Of a stretch of 64,000 nt of DNA, positions 1 through 13,550 are shown in pieces; within the stretch, counting starts at the first letter, position 1; each line of letters opens with the position of its first letter. The notes below the pieces were generated by a model. It searched no databases and was not told the DNA's origin. It worked only from the letters and a program-made list of their open reading frames with translations. The DNA comes from Enoplolaimus lenunculus (lineage: Eukaryota). The DNA is taken from contig JASANG010001414.1 of the NCBI GenBank assembly GCA_030248215.1, positions 248,001-312,000 on the forward strand, given 5' to 3'. The position numbers and the translations under genes are program-made.

Positions 1-107
1 TGTTGGGGCTTGACCTATGGACATCTTTTCCAAAATGGTGGAAATGTATGTTTCAATTCAAACGAAATTGTATTGAGTCAAAAAATTCTGCTCCGCTTTT
101 GTTTCAG

Positions 108-3100
108 CAAATCCATGTTATTGAAAGGGACTATGCAACCGCGTGCCAATTATTGGCAACTGGGGCTGAATTGGCGCAGAACGAGAACGTTGTCTATACA
201 CAAATACTTTTCCTGTTAAGTAAAGGAATGGTGAGCTTCTGTTCTACCTTATTTATTTTTTAATTAAATACTATATAGTGTGTGGCTGGCGGTTCTACAC
301 TTTGATAACGAACTGTTTTAGCAATGATATTTTGCTGAGGTTTTTCAATTTAAGAGGAAAGTTTACAATATGTGTTAGTATTTACAATATAGTGAAGCCA
401 GAAAAATATTAATTTTAATGTGTGTCCTGCATAAACAGTATAATTGAGTTATGTTATTTGCAGCTTCTCATTACCGAAAAAAAGCTATCAGAAGTACATC
501 CAGTGCTTACAACCGTAGGTCATTTGGTAGAGCAGTGGCATGGACCAACTGAGAAGCGCGAGGGCTTAAAAGTTTTCTTCCTGGTTTTGCAAGTCTGTCA
601 CTTTCTGATGACTGGACAGGTAATGAATAAGATAGATATTTGTAGTTTTGTCGGTTATGCATTTAATAAGTATATATTGTTTAAAAATATGTGTACTGGC
701 GGCTATAATGGTTCATTCTCAGTAGAAAAATTAATATTTGACAATCGTTTAATTCAGAAGTTATTCGGCAAGATTCCGTTTATCGGTATTTATTCAATCG
801 TTAGTTGAGCGCATCTACGGAGTATTCCTTACGTCTGCTTGTGAGGTATTGGCTGTCCCTAACCGTAAACGTATTCACTTCTGTTTGCATTAAGTAAAAC
901 TACGTACAGGCTTTAAGTTTTTTCAACGTGGGTTGTAAATGTTGACCTGTAAAAAAGTTTTGAAAACCAGAAACGGAAAATAACATAATTTATTTTAACA
1001 TTGCAGGTACGCAGCGTTAAACCATGTTTAAAGCAGTTGCAAACAAGTGTTCAAGTAGTCAGCACAACCGTAGAGAACAATAATTTTTGTGCAAATACTC
1101 CGACCACTTCTACTAACACATCCGAAAGCTTTCACTGGATATCACACGACCATATGTGCATTCTTGTTTATCTGGTGAGCAAACAGAACAACATCTTTTT
1201 GTCTTATTTTTTGCGATTTTGGAGTAGATGTTGGTTTTCGATAAATCAATAAAGAGAATAAACCAACAGAACACCTCACCGTATTGACATCCAATATGCG
1301 CTTCGTCTCACCCCAGTAGTTCCAAAGTCCGTTTGTTTCGACTTCAATTACAGTACGCAGAAAATTTTGGTCCCAGGCGAACATTCACTTTCTAGCAGTT
1401 TATACGCTAGCTAGTTAAATTTAATGACTGCATCCAGGGCTTCAGTCAGGACTAGATGTTCCAGGATCAGGAACAAAGAGTAACGAACTCATTTAGAACT
1501 AATAATTTAGCATTCACATATTTTTTAATATTCAAATGATTTGGCACATCGTAAAAATTTCTATTCCCGCGTCCTGCGATGCCGGAATAGGAATAGAAAT
1601 CGAATTTTTACACGAATTCCGGTGGAACTCTGGCTGCACCCAAGTAAACTACGGCTAACACTGTAATTTCTTGCCGTAATGCTGCATATAGGAGTTTGTT
1701 TGTAGGTATCTGTGATGCATGCCACGCAAGCCGGTCAGCTAGAAAAGGCGAAAAAGTATACAGAAAAAGCGTTATTCCAGATTGACAAGTTAAAAGGTAT
1801 TAATTGTTTAACGTTTTCAGTAGCGTCAATAACGCCGCTATTTCAGTAACTTTATGTGAAATTGAAAAGCAGATGTCTTATGTGTGATTGTGTAACATAA
1901 CCGTTTTTAAAAGATAAATAAGACAAATCGGCTGTAGAAATTGTTCATTTATTATCCTTTTAGTTTTCGAAAGCGAACATTCCTTGCTTTACTCTTTCCA
2001 ACTTATGCTTCTCGAAAATCTTGTGCTGTGCAGGCTGGTTTCTGGATCAAAAACTGTCGCTATTCAGGAAGTAAGTTTGACTCGCTGAATGCAGCCGTTA
2101 TGTAGCTTGTACTGTCATCTAACAGTGCTTAAAGTTAATTTTGATTTAATACGATTGCGAAAATAGCTGTCTGCGTTTACGTCGAAACCAGATTCCTTAA
2201 AAAAGTTGCGTCAAAATTCAGTCTGTTACGTTTTGCCGAAGTTTCTATTTGAGGGCCTGTCAAAAACCACGGACTAGCATTTAGAATACGTATTTGGATT
2301 GAGAGTCCGCTAAAAAATTTTACGGTTCATGCAGCTTTTATGCTGTATAACTATTGTTTGCCACTGTATCGTCTTCGTTTTACAATTTTCTTTAGATTCA
2401 TAAAGCGTGTGCCATTTGTGCTGAATTCCCCAGATTGCTTGTAACGCATAGAGCCCAATTGCATACGTTATTGGTTGGTTGAGCTTTGTGTCAATTATTT
2501 TTGTTATTTGTTATTTTTAAAAGTTATAAACTTGTTGATTATAAGTTTGTTGTGCGACTATGTTCTACCTTAGTATCATCCTATAAGGCGAAGTTTTTGT
2601 TACATGTAAAGATTACATTTGTTTCTTCTTGGTTTGAAATTAAGTGTTCTTCTCTTTTCATTTTAGTTTGTGGGTTCTTTTCGTTACCCCACCCCCCTAT
2701 CCCCACAAACCTAAATGTTTGCTTGTTTCATCAAAAAGTTAGGCAAATTATACATCATAACAGTTATTCTATGTATTTTACTAAAATTGTCAGCGTGTTT
2801 TGCCAAAATTTTCATTTTGTGTCATCAGGATTTTGACAGTGATTTTGACAGTCTAAATGGTGTGTTTACACATAAGGATTAGAAAAAAACCAAATGTTTC
2901 ATAAGTATATAACGCCCCGATTGAGACAAATGCTTCAACAAGGCGAATTTAGCTTCTCTTGAAACGTTAAGTGAGGATCTACAAAATACAAAAATTAGGT
3001 AAACAAATTTACTTTGAATTGCGATAAATAATAATTAAACTAAATTAACTATTTTCCAGCTAAAAGTTATAAAATAGTATTAAAAATTAATTTTTCGGTA

Positions 3101-6100
3101 AGAAGGATTTTTGTTTTCCGGTTCCGGTGTTTCCTAACCGTCAGGTAACGGTATTTTATAACTCCTGATGCACCCTGGTTCTACCCACAAGGGGACCTCG
3201 AAAAATGCACCTTTGGGTGTGAAATGAGTAGGGAAAGTGATGACAATTATAAATATGCAAAAAAATTTCCGAATACGTCCTTTTTTGGGCAATCTTGGCT
3301 AGCTGGGGTATAACGGAAAGGCCCGAGTTTGCAATGGAGGCAATTATATTCTTGTCATGAGTTTTGTTTGTAGGGACTTTATGCTATGTCAGTTAGCGCA
3401 ATGGCAGCTGCTGAAGCTCAATTTAACACTGCTTTAAGGGTAAGTTAGTTGTTGCATCAGGACCTTGATTTTGCCGAAACAGAAACGGAAACAGAGATGT
3501 TAAATTACTTTTTAATCAATTATACGGTTTACAACTTCTCAAGTGAAAACACTCGTCTCGAAACAGATTTTCTGGGAACATTTTCAACGTTTTTAATTGT
3601 TAGTTTTATTAATTATTTGATAGGCGAAGCATAAAATTAACGAATACGCTTTCTGTATGGTATATTAGTACTTTTTAAGTGAAGTGGATCATTGTTGGAA
3701 CATGTCTGGTATGATCAATTGTCTTCCGTTCCGGTTTTGAATGTCGAGCGTTTGCTCTACTTTAAAATTTGGTTGTTTTCACAACAGGTAGTACAAGAAA
3801 CAGATCTCTGGACATTCATTAATCTCAATTTGGCTATTGTGTATTTACGGCTGGGCAAAGAAAATGACTTCTACGGTTTACTCGAACGGATAAATCCTGA
3901 AAGGCTGCAAACAGGGTGAGTGTTGCGTCTCTATGGTTGTCGCATTGTCAGAGATTTAAATTGGTCTCACTAAAAAATCTCTGTTTCAGCTAGTTTCTAC
4001 TTAGCTTATTGACTCGCAATAATAGGGTGTCAAACGGGAACCGGCATTCCAAAATGAAATGGCTGATTACACATAAAAATCTAAACTTTTAGGTGGTTGA
4101 ATTTTGAACCTAGAAAAAATTACGCCTTAGGCAGAAAATGAGTTAATGTTTTGAAATCTTGCCGATTCCAACTAAAGTACACCACAATCAACATGTTTTT
4201 TGGAAAATGGGTTTTTGGAACTTGTGTTTGCATTTCAGTTGCCATAGCCTGAAAGCAGCAGCGTTTTATGTACGTGGACTACAGTCTTTCTTCCAGAGCA
4301 GGTACCACGAGGCAAAGTAAGTTGTGGTAATTGCTCTTAAATTATCTTCAATAAATTAACACTGGTTAATGCGAAACTGGCTCATTTGTGTTGCTATTCG
4401 CGCGAAATAATTATGGTTGTTTGATTCTGATTTGATTATTACGTAACAAGACATTTTATCCGAAAACTGGGAGACAGATTGCGAATATGATTTTTTTTAT
4501 TAGGAAATACTTGCGAGAAACATTACGGTTATCAAATGGTGAAGATATGAGTCGAATGTCTAGCTGTGCGCTTGTACTGTTAGGTCATATATTCTTGTCC
4601 GTTGGTAATGTGAAAGTGAGTTTGTATATGACCCCTAACGTTTTCAAAATAATGTATTAGGTTGTATTTTGCATTTTTTTCGTATCATAACTACTGGGAC
4701 ACTGTGATGGCACACAGCATCTTGCACTTAAATTTATTTGATAATGCAGATTTTTTATAAGCTACCGCTGCTTCTATATAACAGGTTCAGCTGTTAAAAT
4801 ACGTATTTTCGTTGTGTGAATTAAATATGTGAAGCTTTCCAGTAGGGATGTGCCGATTAATCGGCATCGGTAATAATCGGCAGTTTTCGTGAGTATCGGC
4901 ATCGGCACTGCAAAAAATTGCCGATTCTTTGCCGATACTTTTTGCGCATAACAGTCAGCTTGACTGCTACCAATTTCATTTCTGGGCGAATATCAGTGTC
5001 CGGTAGGAAAAGTGGTATCTTCCTTGCATTTGTGTTTGAAAAAATTAATTGAAATGAACCGTTCGTCTTAAGCTATAATCGTTTATATGGTTAGGGTTTA
5101 AGTCTTCATATAATGATGTATGTAATATCCTGTCTGTTTATTAAGCATGGTGTACTAAAGTTGGAATCGACATCGGCATCGGCAAAATTTCAAAATAAGA
5201 ATCGGCATCGGCAAATATTTTGGTATAGGCACATCCCTAGTTTCCAGTGAAGCAAACAATATGCAGTTATTAATAACGAAGTTTTACGTTTAAAATAGTA
5301 ACATTTTAGGAAAGTCTAAGTATGGTACAGCCTGCAATGCAACTGGCTCAGAAAATTCCGGACCTGCACGTTCAGCTGTGGGCCTCGTCACTTCTCAAAG
5401 GTGCCAACCAATATGTTGTATAGTGATTAATCTCACGAACAAGTATACACTGTGTCTTTGCGTTATAGCGTAAGCCATCAGGATTGGTAAGTTGCAAGTC
5501 CTTAGATGCATCAGAGATAAACACATTTGTAATTTTCATGAATCCTATCGACATGATAATAATTATTGTTTTTACTGAGTTGTAGATTTATACAACTTCT
5601 GCAACGAGAAAGAGAAATGCAACCAGATGGCATACATTCAAACATCCTGTACTCAAGCTTTGCTTAAAGATCATTTTCAGTCTGCCCAGCGGCCTGAACA
5701 CGCATTGAGCCAGGTAACAAGTAGTTGTTTACAGCATTATTACCCAATTTTTTGAAAGAATACTTTGCGTTCAAAGTAAAAAAAATAATCTATAAAGAAT
5801 GCAGTCTTTGCAACAAATTTATTTATGAACCAAAACTCATAGCTTTTAAAAATTGCTGTGGATTATGGTTTGTATGACAACAGTCTTGATTTTAATCAGT
5901 TAATTTTTTATTTTGCAAAAAATTGTTAAGTAATGTATTTTGGAAAAAATTGTTAAGTAATGTTTTTGTGCTTTTAGTGGACCGAAGGTCCCTGTCCGTT
6001 AAGGCAAGTATCAAGCGGCAAGCCGCTAAACAATGCGCTTGCATTGTCATTGCCTGAACAAACTAGCAATAACATCCAAAAACCGGCTCAATTAAGACAG

Positions 6101-6244
6101 CACTATATGTCGAATTATGGAACCGGTGATCAGCTTTCAGCTACTGAGCTGCTTCCTTCCGATAAAGACAATTTAGTTTGTGGCATTTCATTAGCTGAAG
6201 CTACAATTACAGCGCCAATGTCAGTGAGTGAACTGCTACCGTGA
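108..6244 (+). CDS. MAU2: MAU2/Scc4 cohesin loader subunit, 5'-partial; 13 coding exons visible
   Basis: Phase-consistent GT-AG exons: 108-230, 464-619, 1007-1174, 1706-1796, 1964-2070, 2396-2473, 3374-3439, 3788-3915, 4239-4316, 4504-4615, 5310-5400, 5586-5713, 5978-6244 (stop TGA). The translation contains MAU2 motifs [95 protein letters not shown] and WTEGP. Confidence 0.93.
4843..5239. mobile_element. hAT-type MITE family D in a MAU2 intron
   Basis: TIR TAGGGATGTGCC / GGCACATCCCTA, TSD CTTTCCAG/GTTTCCAG and ATCGGC repeats. Related copies lie at 29674-30087, about 54398-54790 and, partially, about 32377-32600. Confidence 0.85.
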
Positions 6245-7497
6245 TATTACTTAATGTAGTTTTATATTATCTGAATACGAGATTTTTGCTCGTTACTGTC
6301 TGCCTAGAACTTTTTTGCTTTGGCTGCGAGTATCACGTAAAAAGCATTGACTATGCTCTCAAACTACAAAGGATGCTAAAAATGACACGTCTTTGTGGAA
6401 CAACAAATCATGATATTCAGCGGGACAGTGTAATCTTCGGTTGCTAATAGATTAATGGAAACTCGAATGACAGAGGCGCTTAAAATGCTAAATACACGTC
6501 TGCACAGCCATTTGCGACAAAAAATCGATTAGAAAAACGGTCATAATTCAAAAATTCAAATTTCAAAATCTAGTATAATGTGATTCAACAGGACAATTTG
6601 GGTATGTTACCTCAAGTATGCAGACATTTGAAAATATATGATATTCGCTGACAATACGTCGAATACATATATTGAAGGACAAAAGGTGAACTACACATGA
6701 TAGCAGGCAAATATATACAATTTTTTGAATACGATATGGGGTCTGTTAGCAAACAAAATGTTATCCAATGCGCTAATAGGGACAAAACGTGTCCCAAGTT
6801 GCCCCGGTTATAACGTGAACCCCGCATGAACAAAGTAAACATTGTTGTCTTTTATCTGTAATGCGTTTATTGTTCTGTACAGAATAGATGAAACTTTTAT
6901 TGTAGTTAGTTGTTCGATTGAGCGATAGATGATTTTAAATTAGTATTAACCAAGGTGTAGTAGGATATGTTTCCAGCAAATGGTGTCCGTTTATGTTATA
7001 GAAGTAACCAAAACCCTGTCATTTTTACGTTTACAATCAGTATACAGAACTTACATTGTATAGTTATTCTTTTCTGGCTTTTGGATTTACTTAGTGCGAA
7101 CCGGTGTCGAATATTGTTGGTTAAGTAAGTCTTAGTTGAATTAAATTTCGGTTTGTCACGGAGGCGTAAATATGTGAAGGAAACCAGGGCGTTACGGATA
7201 TAGTTGTGTTGCGCAAGGGTGAGGTTTACTATTCTACAGCGGATTGGCCAAATCTAACGGGGTCAGATTGGTCGGAAAAATTGGGTGTATCTCTAACGGG
7301 GTTAGAGTGCACGGTTAACTGTGTGATGGAAATAGAGAAAGTATTGGTATTGGTGAAGCCAGTGGCTGGACTAAAACGAATTCAGGCATAGGCTTTAAGG
7401 ATTCCGGATCAGGCTACGAGTTAAATTGCATAAGCTGTATTTGCTCGTTTATATTTGGTGTTGTAAAAGGCTTTGGATGGGTTAATAAACGTATACC

Positions 7498-7570
7498 GGC
7501 CGCGTGGTGTAATAGGTAGCGCGCTTGACTCGCGAGCAAGAGGTCCGAGGCTCGATTCCCGGCGTGGCCA
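7498..7570 (+). pseudogene. tRNA-like sequence (pseudo-tRNA or SINE head; CGC at the anticodon position)
   Basis: Acceptor stem GGCCGCG/CGTGGCC, A-box TGGTGTAATAGG and anticodon arm CTTGA-CTCGCGA-GCAAG. The T-loop (CTCGATT) and T-stem are degenerate. Confidence 0.6.
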
Positions 7571-8220
7571 TGTTTCGGAGAATTAAGAGGAAAATCATGT
7601 ATATTCACAGTACTTCGAGGAAAGGGGTCGTCCAGACTGTGCAGTTCTGACAACGGTTCTACAATGATATAGCCGCAGGTAATTTTTATTACCTAATTTT
7701 GTTTCTCCACGTGCGTTAATACGGCGAAATTATTCTGCTAGCGACGGTTTTTACCCCCAGTTGAATGCTGGGTTCTACGAACACAGCGTACTGCTTGCTA
7801 CGCGGATAAAAACCTACGTTGAAAACCGGTCTGAGATAGATAAATGGCAAAGCGCGTCGCATTGTGCAACTATATAGTTTTGACTCCCGCTCCGCTAGAA
7901 ATCAACCTCCGGTAGCATTTTTGCCGCAGATTCCGCAGTTTCATTGTGATATTTTAGCAAGAAAATTGCTGAAGCCTCAGGGTTGCGCTATATTTGTACG
8001 GCGCCATTCAGGTAACGGTCGGTGTAGGGGCGACATACGGGTCCATACGTGGACAAAAGTATAGCGCTACTCTTAATCGTAAAATCAGAAGAGCAGCTAA
8101 GATTCATTACGACTTGGTCCGCTTGGTATGGTAAAATGAGTAATTTGTGAAAGTTTATAAGCTGCATAATATGCAATTTTTCACCGTTCGTGTGCCCACA
8201 GGTTTTAACTGAGTCAAAAT

Positions 8221-8226
8221 TTTATT
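8221..8226 (-). terminator. Candidate poly(A) signal AATAAA for Mask
   Basis: TTTATT on +, about 125 nt downstream of the predicted terminal stop at 8351. Confidence 0.4.
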
Positions 8227-8350
8227 CCATTTATACCTCAGTACTGTGAGATACAAGAACGTACTTTACACAAAACAGTACAGCATAAAACACAAAATAT
8301 AGGCAGCGTACACGATAAACAGGATATTCATTCTTCGTGATTGAAATCGA

Positions 8351-11300
8351 TCATATTATTCCTGGACTCCAACCAATTGAATTCTAAAAAATATGTTTTA
8401 TACCAGTCGTAGTGGGACTACATGTACTGAGCGAAGCTCGAACACACTTAAGAAATTAAGCTAATATGCAAATTAGTTAATCGTTAACTATTCATTTAAC
8501 GGTTCTGGACGTTTACAACCATTTTATTTAGATTCCTCGCACCCAAGAATCCATTAGTGCTGAAATTACGTTGCTTGTAACCGTAATTAATGAAAAATCT
8601 TAAAAATCCCAATTTAGGCTTTACCAATTATGCAAATTAGCCTGTAGCTAATAAACGGTTTAAAATTTTAAAACACCAATGCGAGGTTGACACCCGTATG
8701 ACATGATTTCAAACAAAAAGTTTGTCAAATACGGTTCAGTGGTTCTTGATTCTTTTTGGTCGGACGGACGGGCATCCACCTTTCGACACCAGAGCACAAA
8801 ATATAAAACAAAAAGCTCTGAATATTACAGTGATAGACAGGTCGACATCAAGTTAAAACATTAGAAACTGCTCATACCGCAGGTTGTTGCCGTGAGTTGC
8901 CAACTGTATAATTCTTCATACCGGGGCTCCCGTTGCTGAGCTTGCTATTTCTACTTTCTGATGAACTTGTTTGTGGATACAAAAAAGTTTGTTGGCTAGA
9001 ACAATGTTGCGGCACGTCCGATAACGAAGCGTTTGGATCCAGTTGCAACGACACATTCGTAGGCGGTGGTTGTGGATAATCGTTTAGCTATCAAAATGAA
9101 TAATTCTAACACATTAAAACTATATTCTATCGTAAATTTGCTTGTTCCATATGAAAATCCCTGTATACGTATCCTTTGTACTGATCAGGTATAAATACTC
9201 AGTTAATTAGCATGAGTTCTATTTATGTGCTACAGTGTTATGTACTGTTTTGTTTTCTGTAATAACCTTGAAACCAATACAATTGAGCAAGAAATCAAAC
9301 ATTTCAAAATTTTATTTATAAAACTTCTTATCTGTCCAGTAGTCATATGTGTTCAATTATCTCAACCTCCATTGACACGTACATTACAATAGACCAAGAA
9401 ACGGAAGATTCATGCCACCTTCCCTATCTACTATACTTAAAACAAGACAACTGCAAGGTACACAATCCTGTACCTGAAAACCAAGCACAGAATGCCCAAC
9501 AGAGAACGATTGTGGCATCGACATGTGTTGGCCGTGGCCAGCGTTACGACCTATGATTGATGTATTGTTGTTGTTGTTGTGGTTGTTTTTGTTACCGGTT
9601 CCACCCGTATCACTGACAGGGTTCATTGTGACCGTTTCGGTGATCAATGATGCTGGTGTGAGTCGAACTGAAGACATTAACATTGGTTTTTCAGATGCTG
9701 CGACAGAAGACATCTGTCCGGGCACAGAAGTCTGTTGCACTTTTGTTGTTACCGGTAGCAACGAAGATGTTGGCGCCAACGATGCCTGTTGCTGATACGA
9801 TTGTTGTGACAGCGGTAGTCCGGGTGGTGGTGGTTGCGTTGGAATTTGATAAACAACGGCGGATGATAAAGTAAATTCACCAGACGATGGCGACTTAGCT
9901 AGACCTGCTACGGCGACGCGCGATGACGGCGCAGTGGTTGTAGTCGCTGAAGCTGTTGCTGTAGAGACCGCCGCTACTGGTATCGGTGGTGGTTGATGCA
10001 ACGGTGGCAACTGGTAGACACCAGTTGCACTAAAATGTGCTTGTTGTTGTTGTTGTGCACTGTGTTGAGTTCGACCTGGAATACTTATCAGCGATTCGGC
10101 TGCTCCTGTGTTTTCAGTACTAGTAGATGCGCCAATAGTGCCAGCGAAATTACTGCGACTAAACTCAGGTTGCAATCCAGCCAACTTTGACGACTGCAAT
10201 TTGGGTGGTGCAAAATTTGTATACTGTGGTGGCAAATGATGATGATACAAGTTGCCGTGATGCGTCGAAGTTACAGGTTCGTCAAGCAACGGTGATGTAA
10301 ACAAATACGATGACGGTGGTTGATGCTCGTATGATTTCAAGTATGGGTTGTTTGAAAATAAATGCTGCTGCCCTGTGGTATTGCTCGCTAGAGTAGTCCC
10401 CAGGGAACCGTTTGATCCAAACATATTCATTGATGCGATTGTCGCAGAATTATTATCGTTCATTATCTGTACCGGGTTTGATGATTCAGATCCGACCGGT
10501 AGAACATTATTGGTGGAATGCGGTGGTACGTATTCTTTCGACGGCGGTGTTGGAAATTTGGAGCTTGCTGTGCCTGACAAAAGACCCGGCGGTCCAATGT
10601 AAGGTTTGTTATCTGAACACAATCCGCTAAATGCGTTATAGAAATCGGCATCTGAGTCAATGGCATTTCTATCAGTTGAAGATTGCGACTGGAAGTCTGA
10701 CAGCGGATATCCGATTTCTTGATAATTGCCCATTTCAATTATGTCAGGAATAGCTGGCGACGATGACGCAAGCCCTGCACCTGGTTGTAAATGCGTAGGT
10801 AGCAGCTGTGTAATACTCGCAGTTAAACTTGTTAAACCAGATGAATCAAGGGCGCTTTCTGTCGCTGCTGTTGTTTTAATACCAGCAGCAGTTCTACTAG
10901 ACACCGGCGCAGGCCCAGTGACTGCAGAACCAAGTATGTTACCTTGCCGCACAATGCGATCAGCCAGCTGGTACACGCCTCCGCGAATGTGAAAATCAGC
11001 TGACGCATGACCGCCAAGTCTACCACCACCACCACCACCGCGAACGTTTGGTTCTATTGCAAAACCAGAAAACATGCCATTTGAGATGGCAGATTGCCCA
11101 ACACTTCCGTCTGTAGAATTGATGGAGAAAAGATCGTTCGCAGCAAAACCAGGTGGTGGCATTGCCAACGATGATGACTTGACTGAGTCTGGTGTTTCGC
11201 TAAGTTGATGTTGTAGCAGGGGCGGCGGAGGGACTGTGGGCATAAACAGCCCTGACGGTCTAATGCTTCCATTGATCGTATTTGACAATACACTTGTTTG

Positions 11301-13518
11301 TGTGGTATTGAATGACCCTGCGCTCGAGCCAATGCCGCTATAGGAGACAGTGGCATCACCGCCAGTAAACGCGGGATGATAGGAAATATATTCACTGTTC
11401 AGCGGTGTTGCTGGTGCATTCTGTTGGTTTACTGAGTTATCGATGGCAACCGTATCAGTAGAGCCAACAACAAAGTCTTCTAATTTTCCACGCTCTACGT
11501 CCTGGTCAGTAGCTCGATCCCTATTATTACTGTCGATACTTTGATCTACGCTAGAGTTTAGTTGTTGCTTCGCAAAGTCCGTATCGCCATTTACGTCCGC
11601 TATACCATGTGCAAGATTATTATACTGCTGCTCAGAAACACGGACAGATAGTTGTTGTGGTTGGTCAGCTTGATACTGCTGGTTACCGAAGCTGTGTTGC
11701 TGTTCAGCGTTGTTAACGTTAAACATTCCACTGTTTTGCGCACTAGTCTGAACTGTAAGCTGACCATTGCTTGTTGTGTACATCAATTGCGATAAACTTG
11801 TTACCGTGCTTTTCGAGCATGCCATCGCCACAGGATACGACGAAAATGTTAAACCGCCGAAACCGCTGGCCGCGTTTCCGCTACCTACTTCTATAGCAGC
11901 CGAACGTCGTCCAGTCAGATCTAACAAATCGTTAGCTTGAGATTCCCGGCCTGGTTGTTGCGCAGACTGAGCAATCTGTACAGGTGGACTTAGTTTGTCT
12001 GCTGAGTCCAATACATTGCCTAGGTCTGATTCTCGTTTATCGTTGTTAGGATTTAGGTGGCCTAGCTCATGGTAGTTTATTGCCATTTGACTATCGGGCG
12101 GCGGTTGCAAAGCAACAGATGCGCTACTATTATCTGTAGAATTCGTATTCTTTACTCCAATAACTTGTGATTGTTCATTTGTTGCTGCGTAAAGTACCGA
12201 TTCCTCCGCTAAACTAGGCTTGTATTGATAAAACGATGCTAATCGCGACATGTCGTTTTGAATGTCTTGCGATGGTAAATATTGTTGCTGAGGTCTTTGG
12301 TCAGAATGCGGTGAAACTTTTGACATTTTGTTATTTTCGTTTCCGGGCAGTAACTGGGCGCTGCTTACAGGCCAGACAACTTGACCAGACAAACGTGTGG
12401 GTGACGTTTTTGCGCTATCGTGAAAGTAAATTCCTTTCTTTTCTGGTGAGAGAGATCCGTATCTGCGTTGCTGTTGTTGCAATAACTGCTGCTGTTGCTG
12501 TTGGTATTGTTGCTGGCAATTTTGTTGCCCGTCCCGTTCAATGGCGTCCGTTCCCCTCTGCGCTGTCGCACTTGATGTAACCGCCAATCCATGTTCCGCA
12601 CCAATACGAGCAATAGAATTAGCGGTTGAAGCATAGTAGCTTAACCCAGATGCACTATTAAAGGCAGTAGAAAATGCTATATTTCGAGCATTTACGTTGC
12701 CAGAAACACCAGGCTCGCTAAGCTCAGCGTACGCAACAATCTGGCCACTTTTTGTACAAATATCCTTAGGAACTCCTTCGATAGTAGATATCAAACTGAA
12801 GCTTGATGGTACAGTCGCAGTTCCACGCTCTTGACTGTGGTGATATTCAGACATATTCGATGTCGTATTATGTGTGTTTCCAACAGCAGTGCTTACATCT
12901 GGTAGCAACGCTGACATTGTTCCGTGTTGTTGTTGTTGTTCTCGTAGTTGTTGTTGTTGTTGCTGTCGCTGTTGTTGTTGTTGTTGTTGTTGTTGCTGCT
13001 GCTGTTGCTGTTGTTGTTGTTGTTGTTGAACTTGTTGTTGCTGACTAGTGCTTTCTCTAGTACTGGCAACACCATACGCGGCAACTGACGCGAAATTCAT
13101 TTTCGGACGGCCGGAGGCGGCAGTTACTGCTGTTTGCTGTGATGAATTTCTACCTGCCACAACTACAGTTGGCGCACCCGAGTTCACAATAACATCTGCT
13201 GATGCGGACGGAGTTCTTCGTTCACTTGAAATGCCGTGATTGGTTCCACCATTACTGCTGCTGCCAAGTCGTTGACGTGACCGTGACTTTTGAAACCAAA
13301 CATTTGGCGTTGCGAAAGGATTATATTCTGCAGGTTGCGTTGCCGTCCAACTGATTTGAGCATTATCGCTCATGCTGCTAGCAGGCTGGATATTTTCTTT
13401 GCCGAAATTTCTGATTGACTGATCTTGGGATGACGTCACTACCGAATCGATACCGGTCAATTTTTGCAATGCGTTTCCAAAACCTGAGATCAAATTATTA
13501 TTATTAATATTATTATTG

Positions 13519-13550
<32 letters not shown>

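Noticed and set aside
5089..5100. TTAGGG telomere-like motif (also about 54664)
   Set aside because: These are single units inside MITE family D, not an array.
7498..7570. Functional tRNA-Ala(CGC)
   Set aside because: The T-loop reads CTC instead of TTC, the T-stem has two mismatches and the anticodon stem has one.
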